DNA of 63,837 nucleotides, the filler included, from Hausera hauseri (lineage: Eukaryota): NCBI GenBank assembly GCA_046269625.1. It is 12 parts of 12 records of this genome, joined end to end, with 100 filler letters (N's around TTAATTAATTAA, not from the genome) between each part and the next. Parts side by side here need not be neighbours in the genome. Positions count along the whole stretch, not along the records: positions 45,800 to 52,228 come from JBJURY010101543.1; positions 52,329 to 59,369 come from JBJURY010041777.1; positions 59,470 to 63,837 come from JBJURY010613999.1; 9 more parts are not named here. One strand, 5' to 3'. A program made the position numbers and the translations under genes. The notes under the pieces are model-generated. The model did not search any database and had not been told where the DNA came from. It saw only the letters and a list, made by a program, of their open reading frames with translations. Shown here piece after piece: positions 48,901-59,699 of this stretch (positions within the stretch are counted from its first letter, which is position 1; each line of letters starts with the position of its first letter).

Positions 48901-51254
48901 TTTGAAGTTGGATATGAGGCATTGAAGACCACTCTCAACTTCGTGGTGCATTTATCGGGTCTGAAAACACCATGGTGGGGTAAATAATATGCGGCTGAGG
49001 GTTTATAACTTTCGTGAACTTCCTCCATGTGGCCCAACTCTTCATACTCTTTCATGAACGACGTATACAGTCCTAAGAGCTCAGATGATTTTGATATACG
49101 TTTCCACAAACAATTTAAATTTCGTAAAGCTGACGATCTGGATTCTCCTAAGCAAGTTGGATCCTCCTTGAATGGCATTTCTACTACATATTTACCCGAA
49201 CTATCTCTTGTATGTGTGTCCTTAAAATGCTCTTCGCAAATGATTTCCTCTTTAGTTTTCGTAGCCTCCGTATCTTCCAGATACGAATTCTCTATCTCCC
49301 AGAATTTTCTCATTGATAAATTTAAATCATCTTCCCTATTACTAATCATTCCACAATGTGTTACGTCTACTGAGTTAAAATCACAAAGAGCACCTCCTAC
49401 TATATAACCAAACAAAGAATCTTGGAATATTAAATTGGAATTTGGAAGGCGTATTTGTTCAGATTTTAAAATTTCAAAAAAACATTCTGTTCCTATCAAC
49501 ATATCTACCTTTCGAGGTCTGTTGAATTCAGGGTCCGCAAGTTTCATGTTTTCTGGTACTTCAAAAGTTGTAAAATCGAAATATTTTCTTGGGACAACAT
49601 CATTTATTTTTGGAACAACCAAAAATTCTAACGGTCTAGTGTAACCTTCTTTATTTGAGATGACCGTTTTTACCTTAACATTTATTACTAAAGATGTTTC
49701 GTTTAAACATGAAACTGCCACATTTATTCTTTCTTTCTTTATTCCTAACATATTTGCAAAGTCACGTGATAGAAAACAACTTTCACTACCGTTATCGCAT
49801 AAAGCTCTACATGGCAAATAATCACCCTGACAATTCTTAACATATACCATTGCAGTGGATAAAATCGTTATTTTTGTTTTTGCCTGAGAATTATTTATAG
49901 AGTTTCCTATAAACTGATTATTAGTGCGAGCATTCAAACTCTCAAAATGTTTTGCATCAGCATTTAAATCGGTGTTTGAAGTTATAGGCCATGTGGCATC
50001 ACTCCTTTTCTCTGTGGTCGAACATTTTCTGTCTGGCGCCTCTACGTCTGGGAGGAGTATAGTTTTGGATTCCTGCTGTATGTGTAGGAGCGTATGATGC
50101 CGTTTCCCACAGATTGCGCAAGAATTATTAGAGTTACATGATCGTACAGAATGATTTGCGCTTGATAAGCAATTAAAACAGATTTTATGTTTCTTTACAA
50201 GATCCAGTCGTTCGTTTACATTCAGTTTTTGGAATGAGATACACTTATATAAATTATGAAACTCAGATTTACAACAAAAGCACTTTAGATTATAATTTTT
50301 TACACTAGTAGTAAGTGTAGTCGACTTCTGGGTTTGACGCGGCTGATATTTATTTGTTGAACACGTGATGTAATTAGGATTCTTTGAAGCCTGTATTGTT
50401 CGAGAGTAATCTTTTAGGAACGAAATAAGTGCGGAAATCTTCGGTAGCTCATCCCTTTTCGATTCCCGTTCCCACCAAAGTTTCGTAGATGAATCTAGTT
50501 TTTGTAACAACACATAAGCCATTAAAGTTTCTGAGAAGCCATCTATTTTTTGTTCTAACAACTCTAAAGATCTTATGCACTCATTAACAGTATCAACCAA
50601 TTTCAAAATTGAATATGGGTTCTCAGTTTGAACAGGAGGTATTGTCATAAATCGTTTTAAATGAGCAAAAACTTGATCTCGTGTATTGGAATATCTCTCT
50701 TCTAAGAGATTCCATGCGATCTCGTAATTCGCGTCAGAAATTGAAATAGCGTGAATTATTCTCGAAGCGTCACCATGCAATGACAGTTTAAGATAAGATA
50801 ATTTTTGTGAGGCAGACAAATGTTTATTATTATGAATACTTGAACGAAACAAATCTCTAAAACTCAACCAGTCCTGAATATTACCGCTAAATGACGGTAA
50901 ATTGAGCTTAGGTAATCGAACATTTTCGGCACTATTATTTACTTCGGTTTTAGACAAACCAGAACTGTTAACGGTTACTCGCGAGCTTTTACTCTTGACC
51001 AAAATCCATAGTTGATCAATATTTTCTTGAACGGTTTGCTGTTCACTAATAAATTTATCTAGTTCTGTTTCTTCACAAATGCCAAAAAGTTCATCAAAGG
51101 GTTGAGAACATTCTCGTTCAAATTTACCACATTTGTTTTCATACAATTGCAATTTAACATTATCTAGATCGCCTTTCTCTACTTCATTGGTAGCTTTCGT
51201 AATGCTAGCTTTAAGGACTCTTTTTTTTGTTAAAAGACGATCCATTTTATACAA
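45978..51254 (-). CDS. BEL/Pao Gag-Pol polyprotein, intact 1758 aa
   Basis: LPKLNLPSFSG (BEL Gag), three Cys/His knuckles, RALCDNGS (PR), YYLPHHGV/KLRVVFNAS/YMDD (RT), HGFSDA...SIPRLELCAA (RH), GVDFAGP/SDNATTF/GGLWEA (IN), LTPGHFLIG. Confidence 0.97.
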   Translation of the reverse strand: MYKMDRLLTKKRVLKASITKATNEVEKGDLDNVKLQLYENKCGKFERECSQPFDELFGICEETELDKFISEQQTVQENIDQLWILVKSKSSRVTVNSSGLSKTEVNNSAENVRLPKLNLPSFSGNIQDWLSFRDLFRSSIHNNKHLSASQKLSYLKLSLHGDASRIIHAISISDANYEIAWNLLEERYSNTRDQVFAHLKRFMTIPPVQTENPYSILKLVDTVNECIRSLELLEQKIDGFSETLMAYVLLQKLDSSTKLWWERESKRDELPKISALISFLKDYSRTIQASKNPNYITCSTNKYQPRQTQKSTTLTTSVKNYNLKCFCCKSEFHNLYKCISFQKLNVNERLDLVKKHKICFNCLSSANHSVRSCNSNNSCAICGKRHHTLLHIQQESKTILLPDVEAPDRKCSTTEKRSDATWPITSNTDLNADAKHFESLNARTNNQFIGNSINNSQAKTKITILSTAMVYVKNCQGDYLPCRALCDNGSESCFLSRDFANMLGIKKERINVAVSCLNETSLVINVKVKTVISNKEGYTRPLEFLVVPKINDVVPRKYFDFTTFEVPENMKLADPEFNRPRKVDMLIGTECFFEILKSEQIRLPNSNLIFQDSLFGYIVGGALCDFNSVDVTHCGMISNREDDLNLSMRKFWEIENSYLEDTEATKTKEEIICEEHFKDTHTRDSSGKYVVEMPFKEDPTCLGESRSSALRNLNCLWKRISKSSELLGLYTSFMKEYEELGHMEEVHESYKPSAAYYLPHHGVFRPDKCTTKLRVVFNASYPTSNGLSLNSLQLNGGVVQDDLFSIMLRFRTYRYAYTADIEKMYRMILIKPEQRDLQRILWKNCETDAVKTYRFNTITYGTTSAPFLATRALKQLAIDEESKFPLAAPIVLNSFYMDDVLSGAQDQSTAKELVCQLTELLHKGGMKLHKWCTNEPQILEGISNNAREYSFSCPNETKVLGILWRTETDSFSFKVSIFERDSNTKRSVLSDIARIFDPLGVVGPVVLKAKIFMQRLWLLAIDWNDSLPYKENKEWHEFVVSLKTMNNVLIKRCILIQDYVHVHIHGFSDACEDGYGAAIYVKSISVTGEIAVNLLCSKSRVAPLKKLSIPRLELCAAVLLAQLLQKLLKCLQVNISDVYLWSDSTIVLAWIRNCSQALKTFVANRVHHIRTLTDSYQWRHVRSSDNPADLVSRGIDPDKILHNNLWWHGPSFLHQTELPVDVIDNSSMDREEYFCELKGHPKSKQETDQTVTVSLTVYFNADSFFSEIVNCSNKYAKILRVLAFVYRFCHNVKCPTGRLVGPLTSKEITFAENSLVSYIQRLYFQGEVHNLEKGRCVSVKSKLKSLNVFLDDNKVLRVGGRLKHAAVSYLQKYQAVLPGNARFTRLIVEYVHNKYFHAGPQALLSYVRQKFWPISGRSLCRKVAHDCVVCVKAKPVTSEQIMGDLPPERVKPTFPFNVTGVDFAGPFSVKKNSHRKAVFSKIYVAVFVCFVTKALHLEMVSDLTSEAFIASLKRFFSRRGKSLRIFSDNATTFVGANSELKRLHKLVRIPDKNLAYYLSEEGVDWSFIPPRAPNFGGLWEASIKSFKYHLKRIVGNAHFTYQEFETIIVQVEAILNSRPLVPLSSDGDDFEVLTPGHFLIGRPITALAEPELIDVKDTRLSRWQRTTKVVQSIWRLWSQSYLSTLQQRTKWMFQKSNVQLGALVLIKDERLPVNKWSLGRIIGLCPGSDNRIRVVEVKTAKGIFKRSISKICILPVKF

Positions 51255-51420
51255 ATTTTCACAAAACAGAAGAAAAGAAGGCTCACCTTGTATTCAGGAA
51301 ATGCAGATTCACAACAGTTAATCCATGAGAGCAGACACAGGCAGAGTACATAATTGTCAGTGAACACGACGATTTCAACCATAGGACGATGATTCTTTCT
51401 CCGGCTCTGACGGCCAAGAA

Positions 51421-51702
51421 TGGCGCGTAGATAGCATTGACGTAGGCACAAATAAAGGCTTGGACTGTAGCTTTATTCACAATTATGTTACATTAATTTC
51501 TTACTCAATTACAAGAAATACACTGCACCTCACAGGGTGCATAAGCAGATTCGGTGGTGAACACTCTGGTCACCCAACCGAAGACAACAAAAAACAAAAC
51601 ACATCTGCTCTCTCTCGCGCAACGCGTAACAGAACGGACTCGTCGATCCGTGCGCCCTCTGTGGACAAAGGATAGAGCTAGTTGCGAGGTCGGGCTCCAA
51701 CA
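51421..51702 (-). repeat. 5' LTR of the BEL element (~282 bp, TG...CA), followed by a PBS-like TGGCCGTCAGAGCCGGA at 51416-51400
   Basis: Begins TGTTGGAGCCCGACC, like the 3' LTR; has AATAAA near its end; ends CGCCA before TTCT-TGG. The PBS resembles the tRNA-Tyr type TGGTCCTTCGAGCCGGA. Confidence 0.7.
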
Positions 51703-52055
51703 GATAACAATCATAATATGAAGATGCTCATCCTCGACCTTCATTCTACTATTATTTATTAAACAAATACTACCTCACTCCCACTTGGCTTTGACCACTG
51801 GAGGAGATGAAGATGGATGTTTTAGTTCCCTGAACCTCTTTCTTTTGCAACCTGACTATGGATAAACGGAAGAAAAAGGAGATGAAGACATAATTTTTAT
51901 TCTATTTGCACCTCTGATAGGAAAGCACTCAAATATTTCAAATTAAAGCTTTTCCATCAGCCTGTTTCTTGTACCCTGGAAAACAATGTTTTTGTAACTA
52001 AACTTTGGTTGATTAAAAACAAGTCATGTATCAAGATGTATCTCTTTTAGGAGGT

Positions 52056-52075
52056 TAAGGCCCTGTCCCACTGGA
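52056..52075 (+). mobile_element. Possible PIF/Harbinger terminus (TAA + GGCCCTGTCCCACTG)
   Basis: TAA target-site-like trinucleotide followed by a Harbinger-style TIR word; the partner end is not in the contig. Confidence 0.3.
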
Positions 52076-52328
52076 CAAATTATGGCAACTTATGAAACAT
52101 TTTTTATGTCGAAATTGCTAATAATTTGATCAGTTTGTTAGAATTACATTATGTACGCACCGAAAAAAATCCTGTTGATGTTCTTCAATTTCATCTTCAA
52201 TGTAAATGTCTTAAAAATGTTCCTAAGGNNNNNNNNNNNNNNNNNNNNNNNNNNNNNNNNNNNNNNNNNNNNTTAATTAATTAANNNNNNNNNNNNNNNN
52301 NNNNNNNNNNNNNNNNNNNNNNNNNNNN

Positions 52329-55300
52329 GGATGGCGTGTTGCGCCAACCGAGTAGGACAAAAGGAAGAATTGAGGTCCAGTTATAATTGTTGTTTGCCAG
52401 GATTTCTAAGGAAATCTTCATGGTGCGATGAAACCTCTCGAGAAGACCATTTGCTTGGAGATGGTACAGCCTCGTATGGAGATGGGCTATCCCCAAGTGC
52501 TTTACAAGAGATTTGAAAATATTAGCTTCAAATTGCGGACCCTGGTCCGTTATGATGTGACGTGTTGAGCCAAAACGGCTGACCCATATCTTGATAAATG
52601 CATCTGCTACTGAGTCAGTGTTGGTTAATCGAAGAGGAACGGCTTCCGGCCAGCAAGAAGCGCGATCCATCATGGATAGGATACATTGATAACCATTGTC
52701 GGAAGGTAGAGGATCCACAAGATCCAAATGCACAGTTTCAAAACGAGAAGTGCAATGGAAGTGGTAGAGTGGTAGTTTGAGTTGTTTATGAACCTTGTAT
52801 TTTTGACATGCTACACATCTCTTGAACCAGATCTATACATTGACACGCATAGTTTGCCATACAACGTGGCGTTGCAGTAAACGAAATATGGCTTTTGAAC
52901 CCGTATGATGAAGAGAGTAAAAGTGATTGAAAGCTGTCTTTTGTAGCGATGGAGCAAGAATGATTTTTTTGTTGGTCGAGTTGAAAGTGTCATAAGCGAT
53001 TCAATCGATGATTTCAACAGATTTAAAAGCTTGTAGAATATCAGATGATAGCTAATTGCTTCTCAGGATCTCAGAGCAGAAAATTGGTTGAACTGTAATT
53101 GAGTTAACCGACCGCGAAAAAAAGTCTGCTACTAAATTTTCGGTGCCTGAAATGTATTTCATGGAAAAACTAAATGTCGACAAGTATGATATCTGTCGTT
53201 CTTGTCTGGGTGATGACTGTTTTAACGTCATCATATGAAGTAGTGGCTTATTGTCGGTTTGGATGGTAAATTGACGTAACAAAAGCAAGTGCTTGAAATG
53301 CTTTACCGCTGGAACTACAGCCAAGAGTTTACAATTGAATGTTGATTATCGGCTTTCTGATTGCGTGAGCTTTCGGGAATAGAATTCTAATGGTTCATCG
53401 ACGATATTGTATATTTGGTGTAATATCGCACCAGTTGCTGTGGTTGAGGCATCGGTAGTTAATATTAGTTCATCGTTTGGTTTTCGAAAGGCCAAGATTT
53501 CTACAGTTCTCAGGCCTTCACGAAGGCGATCAAATTGGTTTACTAGATCGGGAGTCCAATGAATTAATTGTCTTTTCATCGCAGATGAGAGGTATACAAA
53601 AGATGCCGTTAGTTCGGAGCAGTGTGGCACATATTTGTGTACGAAATGCAATGTCCCTGAAACACTCTTCATATCGGTAGTAGTAGTAGTTGGCAACGTC
53701 ATATTTTTTAATTGTTGTAAGCAATCAGGCTGAGGCGAATGACCTTCGGGAGTAATTATGTGGCCTAGGAAGTTGACGCATTTCTTGAAGAAATTGCATT
53801 TGGCGAAATTAATTTGCAGGTTGCTTTGATGCAATTTGTGGAAGATAATTCTAAGGTGCTCATGATGTTGTTTGATGGAGCTAGAAGCGACTAATATGTC
53901 ATCTATGTATGGGTGAACAAAATCAAGATCAGAAAGAATGGTGTCAATGTGGCGCTGAAAGGTCTGAGATGCGCTACGAAGGCCGAAACGCATGAAGATG
54001 TATTCATAAAGACCAAATGGTGTGATAACAGCAGTTTTTGGAATGTCATCAGGGGCAACAGGAATTTGATGGTAGGCTTTGTGCATATCAATGGTAGAAT
54101 AGGTATTGATTTTGTTAAGGCTATGAAACATAACTTTAATGAGTGGTAGTGGATAGGCATCTGTAATAGTTAAATTGTTTAATTGTCGATAGTCGCCACA
54201 TGACCTACAGGTATTATCTTTCTTTACCACTACATAAAGAGGGGAAGCCCACGGAGAATTCGATCTGCGAATGATGCAAGACCTTTCCAGTTCATTAAAT
54301 TCCTGTTCCACAGCTTTACGTCTGCATGGTGACAAAGGTCTGACCTTTTGTTTGATCGGCCTCTGATGTTCTGTTACTATGTGATGATAAGTTATAGATG
54401 GAGGTTTGAAGCTGACGTCCCTTTTAACTATGCGAAAGCAAGACGTTGTGACGTATGATTTAAGATTGAAGTCCAGAGACAAGAATGCATGAGGCATATC
54501 ATTAGAGAGAACAGCTCCAGGGATTGACGAAAAGCAACTGGCATCGCTACTGTCAACGCATAATGTGGATTTTTGTTTTAAAATAGATTTATTATTTCGT
54601 TCATAAATGAAATATTACCGACTTTATCGGAAGTTTTTTTATAGATGGCGAAGCGTTCAACATATTCACAGATGAGTGTAATGAATTGCTCACTAAATTG
54701 TCTACGAGACACATGTTTGGAGTTGCAATCGACTTCCTGCTTAAAAGACAGCCGTATTTGCAATCGACCAATAGATCATGTGCGGCAAGGAAATCTGAGT
54801 TTATTATGGGAGATTTAATATTGGCCACGTGGAACTTCCAGACAAACTTATCTGGCAAGTTGGCAAAAGTGAAAGGCAGTTCCGCGGTTCCTGAAACATG
54901 CAACGGTTGTCCACTGGCAGTGAAAAGCGGAGGACAGGAAATTAATGTGGATTAAGGGGTGAAGGACAACATAAGGAGCGAAAAGGTAGCTCCTGAATCT
55001 ATTAGGAATTCGATATGTGAGGTATCTCTGCATAACAGTACAGCTTTCAACAGAATGACTGCCGTGGCGGTGTTGAAACGGCCAGAAGATTGAGCGATAT
55101 TACCTGCACCAGAATATGCCGTAAAATCTGGCGCCATTATTAGTTTTTTGAAGGTTTTGGAGAAAAGCAAAAAAAGGAAGAAAAGCGAGAAGATTTGTCG
55201 CTGTAATGTTTTCAACCAGGCACGCATGATCTAGCCTGTGACTGGAACTTATTGTGGTAAATACAAATAGGGTTGTCCACAGCGTACCGTTCACTGTAGA

Positions 55301-56600
55301 ACCGACAACCCAAAAGGCACTTCTTAGCATCTTTTCAAAATCGCGTATGATAGAAACAAGTCATGCATCCGCCAGGTGAAATGGATGCAGCAGAGTGTTT
55401 GGAAATGCTTCTTTCTATTGAAGGCCTGGTTTCACTTCGTCAAGGCCCATTAAGATTATTTAGTTGGATAGTAATGGCCGAAATCGACTGCTGTAACTTG
55501 TCAAACTGTTGCTGCATTATTTGCAGTTGTTCAGTAAAATATGTTGTGTCTATACTTGGAGCACATGTGGTTGCAGCCGCAATAGGGAGAGAACTGTTGG
55601 TATGAAGGATCTCAAAGGATTTGTCAGCCATTATTGCCAGTTTTTTGATAGCAGTGGACTCCTCGACAATGGTGAGTAAGGCTCTGATTGAGATGGGCAA
55701 AGACGATAAAAAATTACGGCGAATTAAATCCGCGTTATTTGTAGGTGTCACTTCTAGCGGGCTGAGCTGCAGAATGGCCGTTTGAAGAAAGTCAGATGGC
55801 TTTTGATTTCCTATCGCGTGGTCATTAAAATACTTTTGTATTATATTGTCAATCGAAGGATCCGTGACATGCAGTACTGCTTCACAGAGTGTCTCGTAAG
55901 GTGTCGAAGATTCTAGCAGCTCGGAGATATTAATAATCTGCTGCTTGACGTTGGAAGGCAGAAGAATTAAGGGGCTATTGGCTCGCACAAAAGAATCAGT
56001 GATGTTGTTCGATTTTAGCCACTGCTGGTGGAATTGGAGCCATTGTTTGCTGGAGTTGCTTTTGTCGAGGAAAAATTCCACACACGGTAAATTTAATGAC
56101 CCTCGTGACTGTTGGGAATGTGGCAAACGACAGACGTTGCCTGTATTCGTGGATTTATCATCCGAGAAGGATGGATTTGAGTACGATCCTCCCCGAAGGC
56201 GAAAATGGAGCACCAGATGAATGATGGGACGTTCGTGGCATGTTAAATGCAAAAGGGAGTCGGAAGGATGTATTATAAGCCCTTTATATGTGAAATAGAA
56301 ATTAGAAGCGTTATACAATGAGGACAAAGCATTATATAAGAACTGTACTGTCTCGTTGAGTGGAGCTTTTAAGGTTGTAATATGTTGATTGTAGCTAAAG
56401 ACCGGGAAAGATAATTGTAATGAGGTCGTCCCAGGGAAACGATGAAATGCACGAGGCTTGGGCGATTACCTTTTGGGTTAAGAAGCGGTTCGAGCGCACA
56501 GCAGGGATGGCGGTGACAAGTACTGAATGTGATGAAAGAATATCTAAGGTTTTTGAGCTCAAAAGGTTTTCAAAATTGAGACTGGTGTTTGTCATCAAAG
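52329..56600 (-). mobile_element. Decayed Gypsy (CsRn1-like): Ubl-gag, PR, RT, RH, IN
   Basis: IEFLIDSGATFSLL (PR), SNSPWASPL...CGDYRQLN...HPYIDDIL (RT), TTDASTT (RH), HLDLVDPLP...WPEAVPL...ITDQGPQFE...NGLLERFHR (IN). Confidence 0.95.
56187..56430 (-). other. Ubiquitin-like domain ending in RLRGG, in frame with Gag
   Basis: YNQHITTLKAPLNETVQFLYNALSSLYNASNFYFTYKGLIIHPSDSLLHLTCHERPIIHLVLHFRLRGG|SYSNP... continues without a stop into Gag (ORF 55440-56327). RLRGG is at 56201-56187. Confidence 0.8.
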
Positions 56601-56699
56601 ATATGTAAAAGCGCAAAAAATGGCCAAACTGGTGGGCGCAAACAAGTGAAAGAAATTTCACCCACCTGTGTCTAGATGCCTCTGATGATGAAGTGTCTG

Positions 56700-59369
56700 C
56701 CGGTCGATCAGTGAGGTAGCTGTCAACTTGCAGTACGTCCATAAAATCAATACGGTGGTCTGGTCCAGAAAGTCCAGTCCAACACATGTCAGCGAGCGGA
56801 GATTGGACAGACAGACACGTGTTTCTGGTGAATTGCACATTGGGAAACCGCTGGGACTGATTCTTTTTTTATTATTAAGGCCACTTTGGTCTTGCCACGA
56901 ACAAGTTGCTGCTAACTGACTGGCTCGCCGCCACAACTGAACATCCTCTTTTCGACTGGCAGCTGGATAAAAAACAATGTTATTCACTGCTTGAATTAGT
57001 TCAAATTGGACAACACATTTATCGAGCAATGATGCAAATGTGTGAATTTGATTATCATTTTGTTTACCCCCATCTTCTGAATCAGATTTGTCTTTTGAAG
57101 TATTTGGCTTCCATGTTAACAATTGATGAGTAGACAACTCGAAAACATCTGTTAACAAAATACATGCTTTCCCCCAAATATCGGAACTGAACTTATCATT
57201 CGATATAATTACTGTTTCCAGACAACTTGAGCCGGACCTAACTAACTGCTCGTGATCTTGTAAACAACACTATTTCAGTTTATTGAGCAAGTTATTCAGA
57301 AGAACTGTGTAAAACGTCGTAATACTGCGAAAATACATCAACAACAGCATAAAGCGTATGATTGCAAGTGGTATTTAACCATTCACGTCTGTCATTCAAA
57401 GGAAAATATTTGGCTGAAGCATGCGTTGGTCCGGTAATACTACTCGCTGCCGGTACATGTTGAAGTACCCGAAAGACTAAATTAAAATTATCCTGCCACA
57501 AACGAGACCTGAATCCACTCCCGTAACCTTTTATTATTACAAAGAATACTGTCAAGCCTCTCGTACGAACGTCAAGTTTGCAGTTGCTAATCACTCTAAA
57601 AAGTTCGCATAGAACTGGCATCCAGCCTTTTATCCAAATTTTATCGTCATCATCAATTTTATCATATGACAAAACCGTGCCGGATTTCTCTATAGGACTA
57701 AGGAAACTTTCTTGTGACGAAATTTCTTTGAACAAATGACCTTGCTCTTCAATTAATCCGGCACACTGTCGAATCAATCGTATAGCTTCCATGTTAATGT
57801 CCGGAAAATTTGTGTCACAAGCAAATTGAAGTCTTAAAGACGTCTTTCACAATAAAAGACAAAGTTTCGAACGCCATTTTAACGATTAGTTCCTGCTCTA
57901 ATAATGCACCACTAGCAGCCCGTAAGAACACCATGAGAACATTAGTCGATTCAGACCGAATGTTGCTCCAGAGATTGTACAAATTGTGCGACACAACGAA
58001 CAACCATGTCTTCCACATTTTTCGATAAATTTTCCTTACCTTCCGTAACACTGACAAATGGCCTAAAAAAGTTTTTTGAAAATGGAAATTGGGGAATTCA
58101 CCCTTTTCAACAGATTCCCCTGCTAATTGCCGTAACGAATCCATAGCGAATATTGCAACTTCTTCATTAGATGACCTACCAGCATCTGTAAAATGTTCAC
58201 CGATTATTTGCCACATGCGAGACCATTGAAGACGTATTCGTCCCATATTGTAATAAGATATTTCTACCAGTTTTTGTAAACTGAATATTCGAGGCTGAGG
58301 TAGAGAAAGTCCATCTTTGCTCACCTGGCATAGGGCTTTGACAAAGTCAACAATCGCGTCTATCTGGTCGGACAGAACCAGTAAAAACTTTATCAACTGC
58401 TACGATAACACTTTGAGAACCGGTTTTACCCATAACTTTTTGAAGCAAGGCGATGTTCTTTTGTATATCAGCTAATAAAGTTGTTAAATTAACTGTAGAG
58501 ATCCCATCCACATCCGAGAAGCTTGATTTAGAAGTTTTTGATACCTGGTTGCCAATATATTGTATACCATCGGACTTCGTAATAGTTTTTGGATACCAGC
58601 ATTAAAAATCTTTGAAAATATTTGTGTTGCACGACTCTCTTGAAGCACTTTGGCGGTCCAGTACTACAGATCAATTGAGCTCATTCCGTTGTTCCATTAT
58701 TTTTATCTACCAACGTGTCTTCGTCAATTCTTTCTGACACATCAGCAATACTTTCGTTTATTTCCATCACTTCCGCTGTAGTTTCTTTTTCCATTTTATT
58801 AACGATGGAATTGAGCATTTGAGTAAGAGTTGCTTTAGCAGTTGTTTGGTTAACCTGATCTCTGCTAGCTAGATAAATGCCATAGCACGTGCGGACCATG
58901 TTAATCAGATTATTTTCATGAACTTCTAATGTTGGATTGATCACAACTGTAAGAATACCTTTAATGATTTGCAATTGTACAGTATCACCTGATTGACCGT
59001 TTTGACGACATTCACAAATGTGAGTAACAACTCGTTCAATCGATTGCTCTTTTTTGTTTCCATACACAGCATTGTTGGAAATGTGGCCAGATGCAATAAA
59101 CTTGTGTACACAGTCCAGAGCAACAACAACGATGTTTTGTGATTTTGAAGTAAACGCTAATTCGAATGATTCAAAATATTTTGCATTAGACATCAAATCA
59201 TCGACTTCGGAATTTACTACTGGAAGCACAGAACCGATGCCATTTCCAAAAACTGATTTGCCATCGGATTGAGTTTTATTTTCATAAGGGAACTCTGGTG
59301 TACATGTGACCAGAAGATTGCTTACGTTACTATTGACAGATACCGAATTTAAAGTAAAATCTGTGTACA
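56700..59369 (-). pseudogene. ARFGEF1: Brefeldin A-inhibited ARF-GEF (BIG1/BIG2 type), intronless, disabled, missing the HUS-Sec7-HDS1 block
   Basis: DCB: KYFESFELA..SKS..IVVVALDCVHKFI, VQLQIIKGILT, NQTTAKATLTQML. HDS: GSQSVIVAVDKVF, FSLQKLVEISYYNMGRIRLQWSR, MEAIRLIR, CKLDVRTRGLTVFF, EWLNTTCNH, KCVVQFELIQ. BIG1 vs BIG2 not resolved. Confidence 0.9.
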
Positions 59370-59699
59370 NNNNNNNNNNNNNNNNNNNNNNNNNNNNNNN
59401 NNNNNNNNNNNNNTTAATTAATTAANNNNNNNNNNNNNNNNNNNNNNNNNNNNNNNNNNNNNNNNNNNNTGTTTGATAAAGTGTTTCCAAAGAAGTATTT
59501 TGGATTATAATAAAATTGTCGACAATTGGTGTTACTTGTCAATGAGCAATTACAAACTCTTCAAATTCTGATTTAGCGGATAAACCAGGAAGCGGGAATT
59601 TTCCAACCCTACCCAAGCTGGGCGACGAGATGGACGACGTGAATGCGTCCGCGGCCAACACAGATGAGTTCAGATTATAAAAGGCTACGGAAACACTGA

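Noticed and set aside
46255-49644. Plus-strand ORFs within the BEL element
   Set aside because: Antisense shadows of the long minus-strand ORF, with no independent motifs.
4305-59469. Regularly recurring TTAATTAATTAA motif as a biological repeat or CRISPR-like array
   Set aside because: Always embedded in exactly 44+44 Ns; it is a synthetic six-frame-stop linker joining contigs.
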